Of a stretch of DNA of 64,000 nt, positions 1 through 13,900 are shown in pieces. Position numbers and translations under genes: made by a program. Under the pieces are notes generated by a model. It was not told the DNA's origin and made no database searches. It worked only from the letters and a program-made list of their open reading frames with translations. Positions within the stretch are counted from its first letter, which is position 1; every line of letters begins with the position of its first letter. The stretch is from Lepidodermella squamata. Taxonomy: Eukaryota; Animalia; Gastrotricha. The stretch is from contig JBLDXI010000010.1 in NCBI GenBank assembly GCA_047495785.1, forward strand, positions 124,001 to 188,000, given 5' to 3'.

Positions 1-14
1 CTATTTTGATCCTA

Positions 15-1083
15 CTACGCTATATTCGGATAACTAGCGTAGCTGAGAATTCCACACAAGTTCGATCCGCGAGCCATGCGAATGTAGCCCTTGTCACCCC
101 AACCGGTTCCCCAGCTGTTCTTCACGATCCAGAATTTCTTGCCCGTGGCCGCATCCGTGCCGTAGCCAACAACCAACACAGCATGGTTTATAGCGGTCGA
201 GCAGGCAGCGTCATTGTAAATGCCGGACTTGTAGAATTGGAAGGAGCTCAAGCCAGCGTTGATGGCGACGGCAACCGGGCCAGTTTGCAGGGCAACCATC
301 AAAGCGGTTTCGTTGTTCTTCTGAACGTTTGTGAAGCCAGTAATGCTGGAATAGCGAGCCGCCGCGTTGAACTTGCAAGTGTGACTGCTAACACCCGTGT
401 AAGCATAAGCGGAACCCAAGTTGATGCCAGAGACGTTCTTGACGTAGGCAAAAGCTGAATTCATCCAGCCACCATTGCAGCCGAGGTTACCATACGACCA
501 CGTGCAGTCCATGAGATTTTGTTCAGAAAACGACATCAAGTTGCCAGATTTGATCTTGTATCGGCTCTCCAGAGCTCCCGTGGAAGAAAAGGCCCAACAT
601 GATCCGCATGAACCCTGATTTTTGACAGGGGTAACTGCGCTCTTGTTGCGCCAGTCGAGGCTAGCAGGGAGAGCTGCGGACACTATCGATTCGACAAAGG
701 GGGCAGCACTAACGAGCAGCTGTTCGCCGAGAGGAACCTTAGCACCAAGTCGAGTTGCCGCGAGTTCAGCCGAGCTCAGATCGGCAAGGTCATTGACGTC
801 CAAGCTGAACGAAGCTCCAGACTTCTGATTGTGGCTGCGGATGAGAGCCAAATTCGCCTTGAAAGTGTCACGACGGCGGCGCTCTTCATTCTTGTCACTG
901 AAATTCTTCTTGTTCGATAGTTTGAAATCCTCCCAGCCATCATCGTCATTATTGACTGGAGCACATTCTTCAAAAGTGAGGAAAACATAAGTTTCAACAG
1001 AACTTATAATTGAAAATATGGGACGAACCTGTCACGTAGATCAAGGCAAAGACCAAGACTGCGACGTTGTAAAGGTACTGCAT
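15..1083 (-). CDS. CTSL: Cathepsin L-like cysteine protease (papain C1A); exons 1083-1029 and 955-15
   Basis: Signal peptide MQYLYNVAVLVFALIYVT and a phase-1 GT-AG intron. ERFNIN-like propeptide (EERRRRDTFKANLALIRSHN). Mature enzyme motifs LDWR, QGSCGSCWAF (Cys), NHAVLVVGYG (His) and KNSWG (Asn). Confidence 0.95.
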
Positions 1084-1206
1084 TTTTGCAAATCGAAATG
1101 TTGTAAATGAAAAAGTGAAGCGATTGGGATAAGTCGAGAAGTTTAGCTTGTTAGCTTTTTAAGCTGCAAATTGAATGTGATGTTAGATCTTAGCCATACA
1201 ACGAGC

Positions 1207-1214
1207 TTATATAG
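1207..1214 (-). promoter_or_regulatory. Putative TATA box of the cathepsin L gene
   Basis: CTATATAA on the minus strand, about 125 nt upstream of the ATG. Confidence 0.4.
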
Positions 1215-1720
1215 ATTTCTCTTCGCCCGCCTTGGCGTCGTTCCGAGAGAATCGAACAACCAAAACATACGAAACGGCTTGCCAAATTCATCCGTAAACA
1301 TGTTTACCGTTTGTTTACGCCGTTAGATTCCTCGGAATGACGCGTTCATTACCCGTTTTCTTAGACCGTTACACTTTTCTCCACGAAGAACTGTCGCATG
1401 CATGGTGACGCACTTATCGGTACATGAACAAATCTGCTAAGGGAGATGACGTAGGCTCTGGTTAGTAAGAAACACGATACATGTTTTACTAAGAAATTTC
1501 TACACAACTTAATGGTCACAGAAAAAAATGCTTCAATGTATGTTCTGCTTTTAATCAAGAGATGTACCCGGTAACCGTATTTTTACTGTATTTTGATTGC
1601 ATTCTCATGGCAAAGTTTTTTCATTTTATCGCTGCTATTTGCGAATGGCTACAAGTCCTCATATACCTTTGATATCTTTATTTTATTCTAATTTTCTGAA
1701 TTGATTGAAAATCCTTCACA

Positions 1721-3575
1721 TCATCTACCGGGAGGCTCATGAAATGACCGGTATAACGGAACAGTTTTCGACACAAGCTTATTCCGCCTGATAGGGGGCA
1801 AAGATCCGCCGTCTTTCGACATAATCGTCTTGGTACGCCGCTTGGAGTAAGTATCTATCAGTGATTTGTGGAATTTTCTGCCGTCCAAGGAAGCACTCGT
1901 TGCTGCTGACACCAAAGTGTTCGACCGGTCCATAAACTGGGCATGCCTACGCATTCCATGAGGCGGCGTTTCGATTAGGTTAGCCAGGTTGTGAAGAAAT
2001 AGCGGAGATTTCGTAATCGGATCGAATTCCCAAAAAACTTCGCTTGGATAAATGACCCTAAACAATATTCATAAAAATATGCTCAGAATAATATTTTCTA
2101 GCGAATCAGACCTGTCAAGATATGGCGTGACAGTTTTTGCTCTAGCATATTCCTCTCGCCTGTAGCTTCGATTGGCTCTCTTCATAAATGCCGATGAACT
2201 TGCACCTCTTATGATCGGAAGTGGTCGTTTAGGCGTGATGGGTTTTGTCGAGTTATTGCTGCTCGCTTTAATAGACGATTTGCTGCTTCGAATAGTCTTC
2301 GAAGGTCTTCTAGGCGTTAATAGAGAGGTAGCTACGCCAGAATTCAGCAAAGCCTCGGAGATTTCCGGATCATCGTCATCATCGCTATTCGCACTGTTAA
2401 TTGTTAGCCGTTCCATAGTACTATTAAGACCAGAACTTCGCTGAAGCCGAGGGCTTGGCTTGTTACTTCCCCATATTGGAAGCCTTGATAACCGATCTTC
2501 GACATCTTTTTCTACATCTGACGGCAGAACAGAGGTTATAGCGTTCGGCTCGACGAGGCAATCAAAAATCTGAATTGAAAAATATTTTTTTAATAGCTGA
2601 AAGATGAAAGCTGATTTTTGTTACCAAATCATCTTCTGTTCGATTTGTTGTAGTAGTAACAGCGCCACTTTTTCGTTTATTAGCCTCGATCAGCGAGGCC
2701 CCAGGCGAGTTAGGCGGGCAGTTGAAAGAGGGCGTCGAGCCCGTAGTGTAGGATCTGACCTGCATCAAGGCCTTGCGCCAACTCCGCAGTGTATCGGCTT
2801 GTGAAGTCGCCGAACTCAGCTCGATCGCCGGTAAATGCCGAGAAGGTAATTTGGGAAATTTCCGTTGGAAATTAGGAGGGATGGAACGTGATTTCTCGGC
2901 ATCCCACAGGGTGTCTGGCAGATTTTGCTGGGTCAGCTCGTGTTTCAACGCTTCCTCTTCCTCCATTCGCCTTTTCATTTCCAGCGAGGTTAGGAAAGCT
3001 TCGTCAAATGGCGCCGTTTTCATTGGTTCGAAAATGTGTGGGTCGTAGCGGGTCGTAAACTGCGGGTAGTTGATTTTCACGTTTCTCCCAAGTTTCTGGT
3101 AATCTTCGAACGGATCTTCGACCCGTTGTAGCTGGTACATGATCCGATTCATGTAGTTTTTGTTATTGGGATACATCGCCATGATTCGAACACCAGCCGC
3201 TTGGTCTAGTTGCGACTGTCTCTGCAGCATGTGAGAGGTTGATTGAGAATTCCGCTTATCCGGGTTCAAGTAGGAAGGCCTCGCCATTGTGCCCGGGCTT
3301 TCGAGATCGGTCTCCAGGGCTGGTCTTATATCGCCAACTACAGGTATCACAATGCGCTCGAAACCATCTCGCCTCGATTCCGGCCTCGCGAAAATGTGTT
3401 CGTTGCGCTGGGCGCAAACGCGACACGCCGATTTCTTCTTGCGCCTACATCGATGCGGCTTATTTGCCTCGTCTAGCGACATGCTCAGATTATTCATAAG
3501 TACTAAACGCTGACCGCCAGACGGCAAATACGCGTTTAGTTCCCTGTCTAAAATCAACGATTGTGAAGCTGCCAT
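1721..3575 (-). CDS. Uncharacterised basic, Ser/Arg-rich protein; 3 exons (about 3575-2625, 2569-2112, 2057-1721); start uncertain
   Basis: ORFs 2562-3611, 2069-2416 and 1721-2065 join in frame through short GT-AG introns (DL|IFDCL, LDR|VIYPSE). No family recognised. Confidence 0.7.
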
Positions 3576-4966
3576 TATTTTTGCAGCGTGAAATTTCTCA
3601 CACCAATACAAACGCGCCTACCATTTATGTTAGGTCTTTGTCAGCAGTTCCCATGGCGAGGTTAGCACGTTTTCTCATTAATAATTAACTGCTTTTTCGC
3701 CCCGTCTCCACAGCGTGAATCAATTTTTTCATTTCCCTGCGCGAAAATAACAGCCGCAAAAGTCGATATTTTGCCTTTTATTTATTGTTGTTGTTTTTTC
3801 GAAGCATGTCAATCAAGATGAGATGATAGAAATAGTATTATACGGTAAATTCTCCAGTATTTTTTACAAAGCAAAGTTTTGTCAGCTGAGATGGTATTTA
3901 TATATAGTTTCGCACTCATGATGATGATTTGATCTAACAACGAGAAAAACCTCTCTATTCAATCATTTCATCGAAAAACACACGCTGCTGCTCCATCGAT
4001 TCAAATATAAAATCAGAATTATTTTTTCGCAATTTTTTTACAATATAATAATTGATTGTAGAAGATAGCATAATAATGAATGAAGACATAGTTATTGATT
4101 CTCTACAAAAATCATTCGAGGAGGAAATCAAAACAACCAGAAAAAAACGAAGAAAAAAAGCTCTCTGGATCGATGTTTTAGTTTCTTTCCATAATTTCAA
4201 AATTTGCCAACAACAACAAAATTTGTTAGAAGCGCAACTGAAACGTTGAATATACAGGGCTAGAAACGAAGAGAAATATAAATATATCGGGAATAATAGA
4301 TTTATTTTTTATGCATTTAATCATGTAATGAGGCGACTAGGAACACCACAATACCGCAGCGGACAAATATACGATAAAAGAAGTAGATTTTTTCATATAA
4401 TATAGATATATTTTTTCTCTCTGTTTTTGAATCAGTTATATCGGGACCGTCGCTCAGAGGTGTAAAACTAAAAACAGGTTAAAACGAAGCTATCAGCCAA
4501 GTAATTAGTATAATTTTGGTGGTCGGTTTAACAACGAAGGAGGAATCAGCAGAAGAAAAATCATTCTCACACGTCAACAACTTAACATGGGCGGGAGCAA
4601 TTTTTAAAACTGGAGCAATTAATTAAAATTGTGCTTGGCTTCATTCAATAAATAAAACGGAAAATTTTTTGACATGCATAAAATTTGCATTGATTAAGGC
4701 AGTAAAATTGTAGCTTCCTGAATGTTTTTTGATGAAAAAATGGCACAAGAAGAAACGAATGAAGGAAGTAGATTTTTGAACCCCAAGGCGCCGTTATTAT
4801 GTCAAGTATTGCAATAACAATATAATGTTGTAATATAAATGAGATGATTTTTTTTGTAAATTTTAGTTGCAAGATTGTTGAGCTGTTTTTTTCATTGATT
4901 GTTCGAATTTTTTTAAGGAGGTGAGAAATTTTTTCAGGTCGATGTTTTTTTCGGGGGGTCACGCTA

Positions 4967-7900
4967 CTACACACAGCCGAATTCATACCACACACTGCCC
5001 TCCTCGGCACTGCCGGGCAGGCCGTTTGGCCGGATCGCGTCGTCGCTCTGGCCCGAGGCGGATGAAGAAAGCGCGGGTGATAGAAGACTGTGGTGCCCGG
5101 ATCCGGCCGGGATTGTAACAACGGCGACGGCCGAGGCGAGCGACGGCATGCCGCCCATGCCTGGCAAGTTGACCGAGCCGCCGCCGCTCGACGTGCCCGT
5201 CGCGCCGCCCGACGACGCGCTCGACGACGGGCGGTGGCTGTTGTAGGCGTGGCCGCTCGATGAGATCAGCATGTTGATCGGCGATATCGTATCGCCCGAT
5301 GTCAGCGTTCGGGTCGATGCTGTTCCGTTTACGATTCCATTTTTCACTTTTTGAGACCTGGATAAATTAAAATTAGCATAAATTAGCACGAAAATAAACA
5401 AATTGGCCAATTAGGAAAATACACGGAGGTTTTGATAATCATTCCTAGAAGACAGAAATTTCTCGGAGTTATGATCTGGTTTTCTATTTCGAGACCGTTT
5501 CTCGTATAGGCCAAATTTATGCCTTTCAAAATGATAATATTAGGGACTTAGGCTTGAGGAGATTCACGACGAAATCATTGTTTCGATCAAAATCATGCAA
5601 GAATAACCCGGTTTGTGCCTGGAAGATACGGCCACATCTGTGAACAAGAAATCAGTGCTGAGAGTTTTCCGAAAATTTAGGAGGAAAAATCACAATCGAA
5701 TTTACAAAAATTGCGCTCTCACCTTGAGATGTTGAGTTCGAATTAGGTTTAAGACTCGAAATAAATAAAAAATAAAAAATTGAAAGAGGAAAACTACGGA
5801 ACTTTGAATTGCTAATTAAATACCAATTAAATGCCAATTAATAATGAATTTTCATCCCAATTTACTGGACTAATTTTTTGGAAATCAGGAGCAATGATAA
5901 AATCCCAATTGGATGAAATATCTCCAAGACCCTTTCCTTTTGCGAGTTATTTAAATGAAAATAAGGAAAAATAAGGATTATACCGTCAAATAAAAAATGT
6001 CATTCTTGTTATATTTTCAAATAAATTAATTTTTTCAATTTTTCAATTGTTAAAAAAAATATTAATTCTTACCCGTCACTGCCGTTGTAAGCTCTAAGAC
6101 TTGAATCCGAGTAGTTCGAACAGGAATCTGAGCCATTCGGAGGAACGCGGTTGTTAGTCGGCCTTTCGACCGCCACCCAGCGGCCAACATTCGCCTGCCT
6201 CGAGCCGTACTCAGACGGCGCTGTTTCATTGAGTTTCCTCGAAACGCCCTGCGAAGACGGCACCAACAGCGACGAACTCAGGTTATTCGCGTTCGAAATC
6301 GAAGTCGGCGTATTGGACGACGATTGCTGCTGTTGTTGCTGCGAATGCATAGAAGCGGACGATTTCAACGGCGAAGACGTTTTAAACAAATCAATCGACA
6401 AAGACCGGGACATCAAAAACGACGAATTGTGGTAATTGTTATTGCCAGTAGTACCTTCACCCATCTCATCGTCAGCCTGGTGGTGATTCTCATCCGCACC
6501 AGGCGCTGAAATTATCGAGCTATCACCATTCAACTGCGGCTCAGGGCTTTGCAGGCTCCGCTCAACCGAAATCGAGTCGGAATTCGATGTAGTCGACGCG
6601 GAATCAGTCGCGTGTAACGACGCCGAGTCTAAATTGTTCGGAAACATCGGCGAAATTGTTGAAGAATTCGGCGCAGTTAGCAGCGTCGATGATTCAGGGT
6701 GTTTCGACCCAGGCTGCCGGCCGTTACTCGCTGGCTGGCCGTTTTTCTGGAACAAATGCTTCGCCTTCCGAACGAGTTGTTCGATCGATGTGGACGAAGT
6801 CCTTCGCCGCTGTTTATCCTGCTGTTCCTGCCACAATTCAAACATTTTCCCCTCAAGGGCCGTTTTTTGCCGTTGAACTGTCGCCAACATTTCCATGTAA
6901 TACTTTTGCTCGGTGTTATGCTTCTCCGAATCTTTGAGCTTGCCGTTCAATAAATCTTCGTTATGCTTCAGCAATATCCGCATTTGATCACTCATATCTT
7001 GAACAGCCGATTCGAGCCGGTCGTTCATTTGCCGTAGATACTCGATTTTCGCGAGAAGCGCCTCAGGGTTTACGGCCTGGTATTTCCGCAAATCCTGAAA
7101 AACCTGCTTAAACTTCTCCTCCAGCCGAGCGTGGTCGTTTTGAAGAGACGCACGTTGCAGCACCAATTCCTGATTTTCAGCCTGTAACTGCGTTAACATA
7201 GCCGTTGAATCAGACGAAGATCGCTGCGCGGATTCAATCGCCTCGCGCAATTGGTCAATTTCAGCCTGAGACCGTTTGACCTGTTCGGTTAGGACGCGAC
7301 ACTCAGCGGCAGCCGAACGGGCAGAAAGACTTTGACTAACGACCTCGGTTTGCAATTTCCCATTCTCGTCCTTCAATTCCGACATTTGCCGCTGTAGATT
7401 CGAAACTTCAGCCTTCAAGGCGGATTTTTCCGACTCTAAATCGGCTAATTTGTTCTGGCACTGCTCGCGGTCTGTCACCAGGGCGGTTATTCGGTCATCA
7501 GCCGCCGCTAACTCGGTCTCAATTCGCGTTTTTTCGGCTAGCAACTCGCTGCGGACACCCTGCAATTCCGTCATTTGTTCCGAGACCTCGCGCAATTGCC
7601 GTTGAACGTCGCTAGCGTGGATTTTGTAAGACCCATTCTCGCTGGTTAGACTCGCGTTTTGCCGCTCCAATTCAACCAACCGATTTTTCATAGCGACAAC
7701 ATCGCGAGCTAAATCGCCTGTTTTTCGACCCTCTTCAACGCGGACATTGCTCAACTCGCGTTCCAAGCTCTGCTTCTCGCGTTGAAGATCGCGAACTCGG
7801 TCTTCCATGTCCTTCAATTTCGGGTCTGACCACCGAGTGGCGGTTACGAGGCTTTCGACAAGGCGAGGCGCGCCGTCGTCTTGCTGCAGCCGCTCGGCGA

Positions 7901-10900
7901 TTTCTTGAACACCGCCTTTCAGCCCGAAAAATTGGTCCATGCAAGTGTTGACGCGGGCCAACATTGATTTCAACCGATTTCCTTCCTCCTCGGCTAGCCT
8001 TAGAGCTTCGCTGTTGCTGTTCAAGCATTGCTTCAGCCGATCGACCGCCTCTTCTGAATCATTTAGCTGCACCTGAAGGTAAAATAAAAACGAATCGATA
8101 AAATAATTAAGGTGGATGTGAATTTTACTCGATAAAGCACTCGATAAAACAAAAATAATAGAAAATGATGCACCAAAGTATATCGCAGAGGGATTTACGT
8201 ACATCTCGGCTGAAAGTCACTCGCTTGCTGCCAATACAAGTTTGTTTGTAGCTCATTCTACACCAACATTTTAATAATAATAAATCGCATTTGCAAAGCG
8301 CTTAATTTTAAATTCATCTATCAATTTTGATCAACAAAATAAACAGATATTCGTAAAAGGAAATAACATATTAAGCTGGATGGGCCATAAATTTGAGAAA
8401 ATTTAGGGATATCAAATGGATGCGATACTACCAAAACACAAGGCGCTTTTTTCGGAAGTCGGCCTACTCGAATATAAGCGATTAAAAATGTTGTATTTTC
8501 ATGCAGTTGTGGTAGTGGTAGTAGTATATATTATCGTAAACACTTGAGCCGCAGTTATTAAGCCTGAAATACGTTCGATTGAACAAACCGACGATGCTAG
8601 GTAAAAACAAGCGTGTTTTCGCAGGCGCAGGTTTTGGGGCGGGCGCCGCCCCGCCGCCTTGGTCAGTCGGATCGAGCGATCGATTGATCGCGTTGCTAGA
8701 CTGCGCCAACTGGCAAAACAAGGCGAGCGAGTAAGCACGCACGAAATACACGCGCGCTGGCTAATTTCACGCCCCCAAAAGTATAAATAACAAATTGATC
8801 GATAGGGCGTGTGTTTTGTTTTCCAACTGACATTTCGGGACTTTGAACGGCGCAAATTTCAACAACACACGCTTATCAATAAATTAAACGCACGCGCATC
8901 TGCCGCGCACCGAAAAATTTAGGTCAAAATTATTGAAAAAAATTGAAATACAAATTCCACCTTAAAAATATTCAAATTTTCGTACCTGAAGTAGCTGCTT
9001 CTCCTCCGAGAGCGCATTTTGGCGCTGTTGAAGAATGTCGATGGTTTCGACGCATCGCGACAATCGAGCCGATAATAAGTCGCGTTCTTCCACCAGCGCA
9101 ACTCGTTGCTGATCTAAATCTCGAATTCGCTCAGCCCCGCCTTCGATTTCCAAGCGTTTACACTCAGATTGAGCCGCGTTTTTCTCACTCGTCAGAATTT
9201 TCACGTCCTCCGTCAACCGTAGAACCTCACTTTGAAGATTTTGAAGGCATTCAGAATTGACGAGAAGCTCTTTGATTTTAGAATAAAGTTTCTCATCGAC
9301 TACAACGTTTGATAACTCGTTTTCGCCGGTTAACACAGGCGCGCGAAGATCGGCCGAAAACTGGTCGAGCAACTCGCAGATAATTTTCGCATTTTTCGGC
9401 GCAGCGGACGAGTGTTTCGATCCGTTTTTGCTGTTACTAAACGCGAGAAGTTCCTGCTTGATAACAGCGATTAGGCTAAACGCGACGCGAAGTTTCGACT
9501 CGTAACCGTCTCGAACTCGGTCGAGCAAGTGGCGAATTTTCTCGCGGTCTTGTAGCACCTCATTCCTCTCACTCATCGACCGTTCAAGATCGCGTTCTAA
9601 ATCGGAAATTTTCTCCAATTTCGCCTCGAGTTCTTCGCGAAACCGTTGTTGCGCCTCGTCCATTTCTCGAATCAATCGTTCATTTTCCAATTCGAGAGCG
9701 AGTAATTTTGTTGTTACAGACTCTTCCAATTGTTCGCTGAACGATTTTTCCTCGACAAAAGGCGAGCCATCTGTTGCCTGTTCGTATCGCGACTTCCTTT
9801 CATTAGCGACCGCTAGCTCTGATGTCAGATGGGCACATCTCGCTTTCAGTTCTTCGATTAGCCGTTGGCTCGATTCGAGATTTGACCTCAATTCGATCGC
9901 TTCCTTCCGCCTCCGGTCAGCCTCAGACTCGGCGGCCGCGACTCGAGACATCGCAGATCGACCTGTGCCAGCTTCTTCGAGTTTCCGCTCTAGACCGGTT
10001 CGAACATCGATTAAAACACGATTTTCATCACGCAGCTCGTCTAGCCGCTTCTTCATCGCTTCAAATTCGTTCGTTTTCTCGCGTAATTTCGCATTTTCCC
10101 GCTCGAGCCGTTCAGCCCGGGCTGAGTCTTGCTTTGCCGCGTCCAACTCGTCTCGTAGCTCTCGAACCACCCTCGCCTCTCGTTGCAGATCCGCATTTTC
10201 CGCCCGCATTTTTTCGATTATCGTGATTTTTTCATCGATATCTTCGCGGTAGTTGTCGAGAATTTCGGTTTTTGACTCTAGTTCAGTTTGGCACTCGCGT
10301 AATTTGTTCTTCAACTCAGTCACCTGGAGGTATAATTTGGCCTGGTCTTCTATCACTTGACTACTACCGCCGTTTGAATTCGGAGGGCTAGGCGGCCGAT
10401 TTCCATTACTACAACTAGATTTGTTCTGATGATAACCGTTTTGTTTGATGAGGTCTTGAAGATGGTTGAGGCGTTGAACCGAGGCGAGAAGTTCGTTGCG
10501 TTCGTTGACTAACCGGCTCAAGCACCGAGCCGCGTCCTTCAAATCGCTGAGATCTGCCGCGCCAGAAGCGTTGTACAGCGTTAGGCATTCGAGGGGAAAG
10601 ACATTTGACCGGTTGTGCGTGATCGATTCGATTTCGAGGCGCAGCGCGTCCTGCACGTGGAGATCGAGCGTTGTCACGTAGGAAATGACGATTTCTTTCG
10701 TTGTATCAGCCTGCACGGCACAGCCGAGTATCAACCGCAACGCATTCTCGAGTTCACGCCGAGTTTCGGCGTTACAGTGAGTTATGTGATGCTGCTGTTG
10801 CTGTTGATGCTGGTGGTGATGTTGGCCGCTATTATGATGGATTTTTCCATTCGATTTTTTCACCGAAGAACCAGTTGAGGCTAGGACAGTTACGTTCGGA

Positions 10901-13900
10901 GGCGCCGCTAATACGAGTTGTTGCAAAGCAATCTGTAAACAAATAAAAAATTATTTTCGTTCCCACAGGTCATTGAACTATTATATTTAAGGCCATTCAG
11001 ATGGGAGTAGACATTCTTAATATAAGAAAATAATAATTGTTGAATTTAGTCTGAGATTACATTAGAAATTTTATGAAATTAATCAAAATTTAAAAGATCT
11101 TCAAAGTGGACCATGGGCAGCAAAGGTCTTTCAATTCGGATTTTCACGGCCGGAATTCGCCCCTTAAAGCGCAGGTTGAGAAAAAAATGAAACTTTATTA
11201 AAATGATTTGGAAAATTTTAAAACAGCGTTTCTTTCGTTCTGTCTTGACTCTAACCAAATTGAGCAGGATTGATGAAAATTTCATTGAGTGGGAAAATTT
11301 TTGGCAATAAGAAAGACTTTCCTACCATTTTAATGCACCAATTTTTCCAAATCTAACCTCTTCCATATATCATCAAGCTCTTCATTTCAATTAATTCTCT
11401 TTTTACTGACCAAAATTTGAACGATTTCATCTTATGTTGGCGGCTAATTTATCCCGAGTAGAGAATTCCAAGATTCAAAACCCTTAAATTACCCATTCGC
11501 TGCTACTAGAGGTCTTATTGAGTTCTGCACCATAAAAAATGGAATGTCTATCATCCATATTTTTAGTTTTTAAATTATCAATCATCTCATAAGAAAAATT
11601 TACCAAGCCTTGGCTGGCTGATGTTGATTGAGTTCCCGATTTTCCTTTAAAATTTGTAAAATGTCCGCAAGATCCAATTGTTTATTCTTCTAGTTTTTCA
11701 GCGCACCGTATATTTTATGTTGACGCCTCATATTTGTTTATTCTGAACTTGGATACATATTGCAGCCACGAGCCTTCACAAATATTCGAGCTGCGTGCAG
11801 TCTGGCGATTTACTGATGAATTTAGCAGGATTCCAATTTAATTCAATACTTATATCAATCCTTTTAAAGCTGTTTGTTTTCTTCCAAGCGTTTTCAGTTC
11901 ATTTTCACATCCGTTTCGTCTGCCAGTTTCAGAGTCAGTTTCTGCTGTTTGAGGATTGTCACGTATATCAAGGCATCAATTGGAGTCGAAAAACGCTCCA
12001 CTTACTCGAGACGGCACGAGCGCGGCTCAAAACAACACTAATAAGGAGTGACACTTGCGCTTTTGTTTAGTTGTTATTGTTATTACAGTGCATATTGTAG
12101 AAAGTAAAAATATATAAAAATGCAACAGCGACAGCAGAAAACCCCGTTGTCTCGGGTTTCCACGAAGCCGCAAAACAAAGCAGCACCGCGCAGTAGTATT
12201 CACACGTTGTGCCTAGGCAAAAAGGCCGCCGGTCAGTCGGTCTCGCAAACGCACGTAGAGTAGCAGAGCCTGGCAACAAAACACGACACCCACAACGTAT
12301 AATATCATTTTTGCCCAGGTTCTCGTCTACTCTATACCTAGTTTTCTATTGACAAACAAGCGAGCCGCCAATGTAAAGAGGTTAAGGAGGCTATAATATC
12401 GCGTTCTAGCATTTTAGCCCGACGGCTAAATAGCCTACAAATGACGATGGCGAAACAAGTAGTTGTCTTCTTGACAGCGCAACAAAAACGCGTCCAACAA
12501 AAACATACAATTGTTGCGACAGAAAACACACCGCACAAAAGCCGCGCAGCCGCCGCCGCCGTTGTGGTGGTGGGAGGGTAAACACGGCGGAGAAATGCCG
12601 ACGAAAATTAGGCAGTAAGTGAAGGCACAAAGCCCTATGAAACACAATAAATGACGAGTCAAGTAGCCGCAAACACGCGGTCACAGATCCGGCGCATCGT
12701 TCCGTGCGAAGGCCAGAGTAAACATTTGCGTTATCAAGGTGGATAGATGGAAGCGCTCCCACCTGCCGTAGATAATCTGCGAGCGGCGGATGTGTCGTCG
12801 TCGTCTCAGCTCGATAGCTTGTACCGAGACAGCATCATAATTGCATCGTAACACTCGTCGGCTGTCATTAAGTCTAGTTTTTACATCGCGTCAAAAGCCA
12901 GGTTTTGATGACATCAATCTGTACCGACGACGGCGACGCGACCAGGGGGCGACTACTAGTCGTCGCATCGCGATAAACAACGCCGTAGCAATTTGACTTG
13001 CCCTCGAGACATACCCAAAACACGCGCTAATATTTTGATAATTACTAGTCAATTGCTGCGACGCAAAATCTAGCTTGAGAAGAAGACAAGAAGAAGCAAC
13101 GCGTCGTATCACCGGCAAGCCTATCATCAGAATCACGACGACGGTCAAATTCATTTTGAATAAATTTTCGAGTCACGAGCCGCGGTTTGACCTCGCGTGA
13201 AAACACTCACTCAACATCGATTTGATACGAATTCTTATTAAGGTAGCTGTCATTTGCGCTAACGAGCGCTGCTGCTGTTATCTACACACACGAATAAACT
13301 GCAACGGGTCAGTTTACGCCGGACAGGAAGTTCAATTAAGTATTTCACGCTGCATTAAGGTGGATGACACGCACGCGCGTGTGCGCCGAAAAAGAGCCGC
13401 CTTGTTTGTATTTTGCGTGAAAAATTAATAGTAATGTCTGCGCATCATGTGATACAGCAAATATATGGCGCAATAGCACGAATGAAAAATGAGCTGCCGT
13501 ATCATTGCACAAACAAGACGCGCAGCTCAGTGACTGAGTCAAAACATTTTTCAAAAATTAATGTTGTATCTTCCGCGAAAGTGCGATGAATATAAAAATG
13601 CAGACCCAACCTCCTCCCGCATCGCACCCAATAAATATCTCATCTCCACTTCATTTCCGCATACTTCCCAGTCGTTGTATTTTACGCGCTAAGAGTCGCT
13701 GCGGTGAATTTTGTGTTATTTCACTAATAATAAGCTCCGTTGGGAGATTGGCGCAAGATGTTGTGTACAAATCGAGACAATAACAATAAATTCAGTAATA
13801 ATTCACGCCTTGAAAGAAGTGCGAGACGCAGCGGTGGCGTCGTTACGCCGCGCCCGCCCGTGATCAAACGCTCCCTAAATGCAGCTTAAATTACTACTCA

